A DNA stretch of 64,000 nt from a virus: the IMG/VR virus record IMGVR_UViG_3300016469_000277, positions 44,308 through 108,307 of that record; one strand, 5' to 3'. Positions 56,700-64,000 of the stretch are shown here, piece after piece. Made by a program: the position numbers and the translations under genes. The first letter of the stretch is position 1; the number at the start of each line of letters is the position of its first letter. Under the pieces are notes generated by a model. That model was not told the DNA's origin. It made no database searches and saw only the letters and a program-made list of their open reading frames with translations.

Positions 56700-59600
56700 T
56701 GGAAAACAAACTAAACCAGAACGTCAAAGGTATGAACCTTGACTCCTTGACTAATCAAGTGGGTCAAGGAGAAGTTACATGGGCTTTAAACTCCAATATT
56801 CAATCTATTGATGGTTCTCGTTTTGCTTATACTAATGAGCTTTCTAACCAGTTGTGTACTGCTTTTAAACCTGGTTTTAAAGTAGTAGGTCAACCTTACT
56901 ATATTATAGAAAGCGATATAATCATTTTTGCTCTTTACAACCCTACTACTAAACAATCAGAAATAGGCAAAGTAACTGCTTTTAATAAAGACTGTCTTAA
57001 ACGTGTCTCAAAAGAAGAGGATTGTGGGTGTCAAAAAGGAGACGTACTAGAAGACGAAATAGTTGAGGTTTTAGAATCCCGTACTATAGAATGCGAAACT
57101 GTTGATTGTTATGACTTTCAAGTTTGGTTAAGTGATCCTACAGCTAGTGTTTTTGTAGAATATACTAACTGTCAAGGAGAAAGAGTAACCGAATGGACAG
57201 GAACTGGTTTTAGATCTGGTACTTTAGAAACTAACACAGTAACTCTCTATACACAAAGTGGGTTTCCTCCTGTTAAGTATCCTTATCCTGCAGATAAGTT
57301 TAATATTCTTTTTTCTGCTCAACCTATTAAAGTTAAACTAGATCCTAACTGTCAACCTATTGACATTCAGGAATGTTGTAAGTACGAAACAATTCTTAGT
57401 GCTCCTTGTTTAAACTTTTCTCAAGATTACCCTGTATGGTTCAAGCATAAAACAACAGCTTGCGACACGCTTCTTTATTTTGTCTCCAAGAATAATCCTC
57501 CTCGTAGATTATCTCTTTCTACTCCAAAAGGTGTAGATGCTTGCGGAAAACCTGTTCCAAAAGTAGATTGTAACGAACTAGACTTATTTCCTAAGACTTG
57601 TCATCCAGAAATCCTTCCAACCATAATTAATAGCGGAGGACAACTAAAAGCTGGAAGTTACAGATTTAGCTTAGCCTATACAGATAATCTAGGTAACGAG
57701 TTAACAGATTACTTTGATTTAACTTCTGAGGTTCCAATTTTTGAAAGAGCTATTACTTTTGATACAGACTACATTACCAATAAGTCTATTCAGGTTAATA
57801 TAAAACATCACACCGATGTTTTTGATTACTTTAATCTTGTAGTCCAACAAACTGCCAATACTGTTTCCACTTATTATCTTATAGGTACTTTTAGAGTTAC
57901 ACAAGACTCTAACTTTACTTATACCGGAAACTTCAAAGAGGAGTATAGCGCAACTCGTATTTTAAATAGAACTCCTCGTTACGAGTCTGCAACAATTATA
58001 GAAGACTCTGATGATATTCTTTTCTTGGCGGATTTAGAAGGAGACATAGATTACAATATTCAACCTCTAGCTAATAGGATTGGTCTTTACTGGGAAACAG
58101 TAGAGATGCCAGCTGACAAAAAAGATTTTAACTATCATAACGGAATTATTGTTTCTAACTTCCGTGGATACATGAGGGATGAGGTTTATGCTTTTGGTAT
58201 TAAGTTTAAACTTAAAAACGGAAAGTATACTAAAGTTTATCATATCCCAGGAAGAATAGCTAATGGAAACGATACCGCTTTTGCTCCTAAATTAATTAAC
58301 GGGGAAACAAACGAAGATCTTTTCTACGGCCCTTCTAATTGTCCTCCTCCTGTTACAGATATTCCTACTTGGAAAATTTATAACACCGCTACTGTATTTC
58401 CTCAAAGACTTCCTTGTACAACTCAAGATGACTTAAAGCAAAAAGAATTCTCTTGCGAGATTAATCCCTACGCACAAGGGGATTTTGCTTATTGGGAATC
58501 TACTCTTACTTATCCTTGTAATGAAGATATATGGGGGGATTTAGCAGGAAAACCTATTAGACTCCATAAGTTCCCTGAATGTGCTACAGGTGAAGGAACT
58601 CCTTTTTCTACTCACATACATAATAACCACAATATAGGAGGAGATGCTAAAATCTACCCTATAGGTGTTAGACCTAACTTACAAGCTCTTAATAACTTAA
58701 TTAACGAGTTTGGTATCTATAATCCTAAAACTGGCAAAAAAGATATTCTTCTTAAGGATATTATTTGTGGATTTGAACTCGTTAGAAGTTCTCGTGTTGG
58801 AAACAAAAGCGTAATCGCAAAAGGACTTACCTATGATGTAGGTATGGCTGAAGACAATGAGAATAACCGTACTTACTATTTTCCTAACTATCCTTATAAT
58901 GATGTAAGAAAAACAGTTCCTGATCCTTATTTAGGAGCCAGTTCCGAAATATATAAAAAAGGAGATAAAGGAAACTGGTGGGATGATGACCAGTTTAGCA
59001 AACTACTTCAGTACAATAGTCCTGAAACAAGACTTCGTTATACATTTCATTCGCCTGATACTCACTTTCAATTTCCTCAATTAGGCACTGAAATAAAAAT
59101 TGAATCTTGCGAAAAAGGGTATTGGAAAGGATCTTTTAGGGAAGTAAGAGAACACCCAAGATATAAATACTTAACTAAATTTGATTATGCTCTTTCAGCT
59201 TTAGTAGGCACTGCTCTTGCTTTAGAAATAACAAATAAAAGCCAAACCGATGTTACTGTTACTGGAGGAATAATTCAAGCTGGAGACGTTAAGTTTAACA
59301 TAGCCGATATTCTTGTTAATACAGAACTACTTTCTAATATTATAGAAAAACTTGTCCCTTGGACAAATTATGCATGGTCTTTTGTTTCTACAGGAAATTA
59401 CACCCAAGCTTCTTTTCCCGTAAGAGGAAACAAAAGAAGACAGTTAGATATTTCGGTTTATCTTTCTCCTTTAAATCAAACTGTAGGGGACAATCATCCT
59501 ATTTGGAATTACCAAAGAGAGTCTTCAGTTTATCTTAAATTAAATGGTACTTTAGCTAATGCCAATCAAAAAGCATTCAAAGTTATAGAACCTTTATATG

Positions 59601-62017
59601 AAGAAGTATCTAGAGTAACTATAGGTTCTTGGGACAGAGATCACCCAGTTGGAGACCCAGATAAAACTTGGTGCGCTAACCCAACTCAAGAAAGAAGCGA
59701 GAAAATCAAATCTAATTATGTCTCTATTAAAAGAACTATAGAAGATCAATACGGCCCAATAGAAAATATTACCTATGTAAACACAGGAGACTTCTATCAA
59801 ATGACTACTTTGCCTAATGGCAGAGGTCATTTTTACTGCAAGTATTATCCTACGTTTGGAGGTGATATTTTTATAAATCGTTTCTCTTTAAAGCGTAAGA
59901 TACCTTTCTTTACTCAGAATATGGTAGGAAGGCCAGATGGAATTAACTTTGATTATCAGTTGGTTCCTAATGTAATGTACCCTACTTATTTTGCAGGAAC
60001 ATCTCCTAGTGAAATAAGCCTCAATGCTGTTACTACTGCAGGAATTACTTCTATGCTTCTAGGGTATACAACTTTAGCTCTTGCTAGTTTAGCTCCGGAA
60101 GGAAACTCAGTAAAACTTGCAAATATAGCAGGATTAATAGCTGTTGGTTTAGGGGCAGTAACGACACTCCCAGCTATTTTAGGAAGTTTTATTCCAAAAA
60201 ATAATTTAGATTGCGACAATACTATAGGAGCAGGAGGAAATATTATTGATCCTGTTATAGAACTTCCTACACTTGGCGGTAATCCTTTAGGTTTTACTGG
60301 AGGAAGTATTGATTTAAATTTAAATCTTGGAGGGGTATTTTATCAACAAGGTAAATTCTATCTTTCTGCTTACGGTATTCCTACATTCTTTGTAGAAAGT
60401 GAAGTAAATGTAGATATGCGCCATGGAAGAAACGAGAACGAAGAAAACTTCTATCCTAACGTAGGAGAAAACTATGATGACTGGTTACAAGAAGTAAGAG
60501 TGCCTATTAAGTTCGATAACTATTATTCTTACAACGCAACTTACTCTAAACAGAACTTTGAAAATTATAATCAGCCTTATGATGATTTTAAGCCTGATGA
60601 AATTTGCAGAAGTTACTACCCTAATCGTATAATCTATTCGGATCCTAGCTTCCAAGAAGAAACAAGAGACTCTTGGAGAATATTCAGAACTAATAACTAT
60701 TACGACTTCCCCAAGACTAACGGAAAGCTAATAGCTATTAATACAGTAGAAAACGAAAAAGTACTAGCTAGGTTTGAAAACACTACCCAGGCTTATAACT
60801 CTCGTATAGTTTTAGATTCTTCCTATCCTGTACAGATTGAACTAGGTACCGGAAGTATGTTCTCTCAGCGTCCTGTTGAATACGTAAAAGCAGACTTAGG
60901 TTATGTAGGTTCTCAGCATAGAGCTTATGTATCTTGTAAGTATGGATCGTTCTGGACAGATGCTAAAAGAGGGTTTGTTTACCAACTTTCTGGAAGTTCT
61001 GGATTTGACGAAATTACCAAAAATAACTTTAACTGGTTTAAAAGAAATCTTCCTTTTAATATTTCTGAAGACTTCCCTGATTTCCCTACAGATAACTCGT
61101 TTAAAGATGTAGGTATTGCTATGGTATGGGATGAACGCTTTGAAAGAGTCTTTATAACTAAAAAAGACTATAAAATACTAGACCGCTACAAGCCTTTTGT
61201 AACTTATAAAAATGGTAAGTTTATTTATGTAGAGGACGACATAGCAGCAGAGATTCAAGTAGGTAATCCTGTATTTTTTGAAGATAAATCTTGGACTATT
61301 TCTTATTCTCCTTTGACTAAAGGTTGGTTGTCTTTCTACTCTTTCCTTCCTAATTACTATGTAGGATTATCTACTCATTTTCAATCAGGAAATAGTTCAG
61401 GATTGTGGAATCACTTATTGTCTCCGTTGACTTACCAGACTTATTACAATAAGTTAGAACCTTACGTAATTGAATACAGTGTAGATAGTCTTCCTGTAGT
61501 GTCTACTATTAATTCTGTAACTCTTTACCAGGATATTCAGAAGTTTTACAATAAAACTGATTTCTATTCTTTAGGCAGTTCTAACTCTACCAATAAAATA
61601 AACTTTAATAAAGCATTTCTTTACAATAAAGAACAATGTAGCGGAATGCTTTATTTGGTTCCTGAGAACCCTAAAGATCTTTCTCAAAGACTTAAATACC
61701 CTAAACTGCAATCTGACCATATTGAGATTCTTTATTCTCACAGAGAGCAGAAATTTACCTTTAATGGATTTTGGGATTTAATAAATTGGACTTCTAACAA
61801 CCAACCTACTTTTACAACAGATTGGCGGTTAACCCAAAATTCTTATTACGTAGACAAAGTATTTAACCCTAAAGCTTTTAATTATCAAATCCGCCAAGGT
61901 AAACAAATGCCTTTAAGAGCTACTCATTGTAGAGTAAGACTTATCCAGGATCTTCATTTTAGATTTAGGTTTATAAATACTCTTCAAAACACACAAACAA
62001 ACCCAAGTATAGTATAA
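56699..62017 (+). CDS. Tail stabilisation/muzzle protein (P22 gp10-like), 1772 aa
   Basis: GMNLD...ALN, G.L..G.Y, GYMRDEVYAFGI, GGDIFI.RF, WTISYS.....W.SFYS..P. Confidence 0.8.
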   Translation: MENKLNQNVKGMNLDSLTNQVGQGEVTWALNSNIQSIDGSRFAYTNELSNQLCTAFKPGFKVVGQPYYIIESDIIIFALYNPTTKQSEIGKVTAFNKDCLKRVSKEEDCGCQKGDVLEDEIVEVLESRTIECETVDCYDFQVWLSDPTASVFVEYTNCQGERVTEWTGTGFRSGTLETNTVTLYTQSGFPPVKYPYPADKFNILFSAQPIKVKLDPNCQPIDIQECCKYETILSAPCLNFSQDYPVWFKHKTTACDTLLYFVSKNNPPRRLSLSTPKGVDACGKPVPKVDCNELDLFPKTCHPEILPTIINSGGQLKAGSYRFSLAYTDNLGNELTDYFDLTSEVPIFERAITFDTDYITNKSIQVNIKHHTDVFDYFNLVVQQTANTVSTYYLIGTFRVTQDSNFTYTGNFKEEYSATRILNRTPRYESATIIEDSDDILFLADLEGDIDYNIQPLANRIGLYWETVEMPADKKDFNYHNGIIVSNFRGYMRDEVYAFGIKFKLKNGKYTKVYHIPGRIANGNDTAFAPKLINGETNEDLFYGPSNCPPPVTDIPTWKIYNTATVFPQRLPCTTQDDLKQKEFSCEINPYAQGDFAYWESTLTYPCNEDIWGDLAGKPIRLHKFPECATGEGTPFSTHIHNNHNIGGDAKIYPIGVRPNLQALNNLINEFGIYNPKTGKKDILLKDIICGFELVRSSRVGNKSVIAKGLTYDVGMAEDNENNRTYYFPNYPYNDVRKTVPDPYLGASSEIYKKGDKGNWWDDDQFSKLLQYNSPETRLRYTFHSPDTHFQFPQLGTEIKIESCEKGYWKGSFREVREHPRYKYLTKFDYALSALVGTALALEITNKSQTDVTVTGGIIQAGDVKFNIADILVNTELLSNIIEKLVPWTNYAWSFVSTGNYTQASFPVRGNKRRQLDISVYLSPLNQTVGDNHPIWNYQRESSVYLKLNGTLANANQKAFKVIEPLYEEVSRVTIGSWDRDHPVGDPDKTWCANPTQERSEKIKSNYVSIKRTIEDQYGPIENITYVNTGDFYQMTTLPNGRGHFYCKYYPTFGGDIFINRFSLKRKIPFFTQNMVGRPDGINFDYQLVPNVMYPTYFAGTSPSEISLNAVTTAGITSMLLGYTTLALASLAPEGNSVKLANIAGLIAVGLGAVTTLPAILGSFIPKNNLDCDNTIGAGGNIIDPVIELPTLGGNPLGFTGGSIDLNLNLGGVFYQQGKFYLSAYGIPTFFVESEVNVDMRHGRNENEENFYPNVGENYDDWLQEVRVPIKFDNYYSYNATYSKQNFENYNQPYDDFKPDEICRSYYPNRIIYSDPSFQEETRDSWRIFRTNNYYDFPKTNGKLIAINTVENEKVLARFENTTQAYNSRIVLDSSYPVQIELGTGSMFSQRPVEYVKADLGYVGSQHRAYVSCKYGSFWTDAKRGFVYQLSGSSGFDEITKNNFNWFKRNLPFNISEDFPDFPTDNSFKDVGIAMVWDERFERVFITKKDYKILDRYKPFVTYKNGKFIYVEDDIAAEIQVGNPVFFEDKSWTISYSPLTKGWLSFYSFLPNYYVGLSTHFQSGNSSGLWNHLLSPLTYQTYYNKLEPYVIEYSVDSLPVVSTINSVTLYQDIQKFYNKTDFYSLGSSNSTNKINFNKAFLYNKEQCSGMLYLVPENPKDLSQRLKYPKLQSDHIEILYSHREQKFTFNGFWDLINWTSNNQPTFTTDWRLTQNSYYVDKVFNPKAFNYQIRQGKQMPLRATHCRVRLIQDLHFRFRFINTLQNTQTNPSIV

Positions 62018-62018
62018 T

Positions 62019-62408
62019 ATGGAAAACCCATTATTTAAAAAGACAATGGCCAAATCATCTGTAAAACCCGAAATATTTTTTGGGGTACTCTTTCACTCAC
62101 GTGATTGTATGCACTTAACTCATTTACAAACAACTAGCTACGCAGAGCATGTGGCCTTGAATGGATATTACGATGGACTCCTAGACTTGACAGATAAGCT
62201 AATCGAAACTTACTTCGGTGTAATAGGCAAAAAAATCTCAATCAAGATTCCACAAAGCGAGTTTATCAATGCACAAGCTCATCTAAAACAACTTTGTTCC
62301 TATATAGAAAGCAACAGAGGTATTTTTGAAGAAAGTCAACTTCAAAACATCATTGATGAAATTTGTGCTTTAATTAACAAAACTCAGTATCTTTTAACTC
62401 TTTCTTAA
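62019..62408 (+). CDS. Ferritin/Dps-like four-helix protein (DUF5856-like)
   Basis: H..H..T.SYAEH.AL..YYD....D...E.Y.G; NIIDEI...N...YLLTL. Confidence 0.7.
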   Translation: MENPLFKKTMAKSSVKPEIFFGVLFHSRDCMHLTHLQTTSYAEHVALNGYYDGLLDLTDKLIETYFGVIGKKISIKIPQSEFINAQAHLKQLCSYIESNRGIFEESQLQNIIDEICALINKTQYLLTLS

Positions 62409-62409
62409 G

Positions 62410-62868
62410 ATGAATCTTAAGCCTACATATAAAACAGGCGGTACTACGTCTCGCAAGCCCTCTAAAAACGATAGAGCTATGGTTAGCGGGGTATCTAGTA
62501 TTTTAAGAAAAATTAAAGATAAGAAGAACCGCAAAGAAGTAGCTGGTAGCATGGTTAAACAATTTAACCGTGAAGGAGTAGTTTATAATAAATTAAAGTT
62601 TTTAAAAAATTCCAACAGTTATAAATCTGGAGGCAAACACGGAGGACTAGACAGATGGTTTGCTGAAAAATGGGTAGACGTAAAATCTGGAAAACCCTGT
62701 GGTCGCCAAGAGGGAGAAAGTAGAGCTTATCCAGCTTGTCGTCCTTCTAAACGAATAAGCAGTAAAACTCCTAAAACTAGTTCTGAATTATCTTCCAAAG
62801 AAAAAGCTAGATTTAAAGCAACTAAAACTTCATCTCAAAGAATACCTTATAATCATAAAAGAAGATAA
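62410..62868 (+). CDS. Basic protein with xxGG motifs and a GLDRWF.EKW..C..YP.CRP domain
   Basis: ORF. Confidence 0.65.
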   Translation: MNLKPTYKTGGTTSRKPSKNDRAMVSGVSSILRKIKDKKNRKEVAGSMVKQFNREGVVYNKLKFLKNSNSYKSGGKHGGLDRWFAEKWVDVKSGKPCGRQEGESRAYPACRPSKRISSKTPKTSSELSSKEKARFKATKTSSQRIPYNHKRR

Positions 62869-62870
62869 TT

Positions 62871-63179
62871 ATGGCAAACAAACCTAATAATCCTAGCCTT
62901 TGGTCTAAAGCTAAGTCATTGGCTAAGAGCAAGTTTGATGTGTACCCGAGTGCCTACAGCAATGCTTTTGCTGCCAAATGGTATAAGTCCAAAGGTGGTA
63001 CTTGGCGCAAAGGCGAAAAAGGCATGAAAATGGAAAATGGAGGAATGACCCCTGCAAATAAAGCTGCTATGAAACTTGCTAAAAACATGAAAGGCAAAGT
63101 AATAGGCAGTGACAGAATGTTAAAGCATGGAGGATTCCACTCAAAACTAAAACAAGCGTACTTAAACAAATATAAATAA
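62871..63179 (+). CDS. Basic protein with YPSAY domain and xxGG motifs
   Basis: ORF. Confidence 0.65.
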   Translation: MANKPNNPSLWSKAKSLAKSKFDVYPSAYSNAFAAKWYKSKGGTWRKGEKGMKMENGGMTPANKAAMKLAKNMKGKVIGSDRMLKHGGFHSKLKQAYLNKYK

Positions 63180-63208
63180 CTCAATAAAATGAAAAAGACA
63201 ACTAACAA

Positions 63209-63829
63209 ATGATGAAAAAGGCTATGGGCCTTAAAGGATTTTTAAGCTCAATGTCTAAACCCAAGATGCAAATGGGTGGTACTCCAGAAACTTTTGGCTC
63301 TAGAAAAATAAAAACAGTTTCAGTTTCTCCAGACAAAAAGTACAAAACTACTGTTAAGGAAAAAATGGGACCTGAAGGAGTTTCAACTACTATTACTAAT
63401 AGAAGAACTGTTAAAGGGCTTTTAACTGGAGCTCCTAAAGCTTCTATGATGAAAGATGGGGGAAGCTTTCCTGATTTGAATAAAGACGGAAAAATCACTA
63501 AAGCTGATATTCTTATGGGTCGTGGAGTAATTGAGAAACCTAAGATGAAAAAAGGTGGTATGGGTTTTAAAAGCCCCATGGCTAAAGAAGCTGCTAAGAA
63601 CACCAAGCCTACTATCCCACATTCTTACTATCAAATGGGAGGAATGGACAATATGAATCCTCTTTCTTCTATGCTTCCTAAGAAATCTATGAAAAGCATG
63701 AAGCCTAAAATGGCAATGGGTGGAGATTTCTTTCCTCAAAATCCTTTGACCGCTTCTAAATATAAAGGAGATACCTTAATGGGTCAATCCTTTAAAAAAG
63801 GCGGAATAACTAAAAAGAAAAAGAAATAA
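63209..63829 (+). CDS. Met/Lys-rich protein with six hydrophobic-x-x-GG motifs and an EF-hand-like DLNKDGKIT
   Basis: ORF. Confidence 0.65.
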   Translation: MMKKAMGLKGFLSSMSKPKMQMGGTPETFGSRKIKTVSVSPDKKYKTTVKEKMGPEGVSTTITNRRTVKGLLTGAPKASMMKDGGSFPDLNKDGKITKADILMGRGVIEKPKMKKGGMGFKSPMAKEAAKNTKPTIPHSYYQMGGMDNMNPLSSMLPKKSMKSMKPKMAMGGDFFPQNPLTASKYKGDTLMGQSFKKGGITKKKKK

Positions 63830-63831
63830 TT

Positions 63832-64000
63832 ATGGCATCTAGGCTAAAAACTGCCTACATGAAAGCCTGTGGTTGTGGCGGAATGAAATACTCCAAAGGA
63901 GGAACCATTCCCCACACAACCAAAGGAGCTGGGGCAAACTATCGTCCTACTAAATCTGGAGCAGGAATGACTGCTAAGGGAGTAGCTGCTTACCGTAGAG
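63832..64000 (+). CDS. Basic protein, truncated by the window end (MASRLK...YSKGG...GAGMTAKGVAAYRR)
   Basis: Translated by hand. Confidence 0.6.
   Translation, partial: MASRLKTAYMKACGCGGMKYSKGGTIPHTTKGAGANYRPTKSGAGMTAKGVAAYRR

Noticed and set aside
1-64000. Stop-codon reassignment (TAG or TGA), common in some crAss-like phages
   Set aside because: TerL, portal, MCP, muzzle and polA are uninterrupted in the standard code. TAG and TGA end plausible genes, and no canonical suppressor tRNA is present.

Overview
This window is part of an AT-rich dsDNA phage genome, most likely crAss-like (Crassvirales) with a Bacteroidota host, read in the standard genetic code. Two arms diverge at about 34.85-34.97 kb. 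The left arm (minus strand, 1-34.8 kb) carries replication and repair genes: family A DNA polymerase, NinG-like nuclease, DUF932, uracil-DNA glycosylase, a DnaA domain IV-like protein, primase, AAA ATPase, DnaB-like and SF2 helicases, a spore photoproduct lyase-like radical SAM enzyme and an AlkB-like dioxygenase. It also has an M28-like peptidase split by a group I intron that encodes a LAGLIDADG endonuclease, and dozens of small ORFs. The right arm (plus strand) carries a SET-domain protein, a GIY-YIG nuclease and the crAss-type virion module: TerL, portal, scaffold-like protein, MCP, ring proteins, auxiliary capsid protein, fibre, muzzle and small basic proteins rich in xxGG motifs. The most unusual region is the RNA-rich stretch at 27.6-34.0 kb on the minus strand. 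It holds two tandem type III hammerhead ribozymes and two twister ribozymes with large variable inserts. One twister is interrupted by a GIY-YIG gene that is flanked by a 10-bp direct repeat and carries a sequence antisense to the ribozyme core. The region also has two tRNA-Leu-like shells with non-canonical anticodon arms and oversized variable arms, a tRNA-Glu and several unnamed structured RNA candidates. An attC-like gene cassette lies at 25.5-25.85 kb. All assignments come from reading motifs and base-pairing by eye; no searches or folding programs were run.
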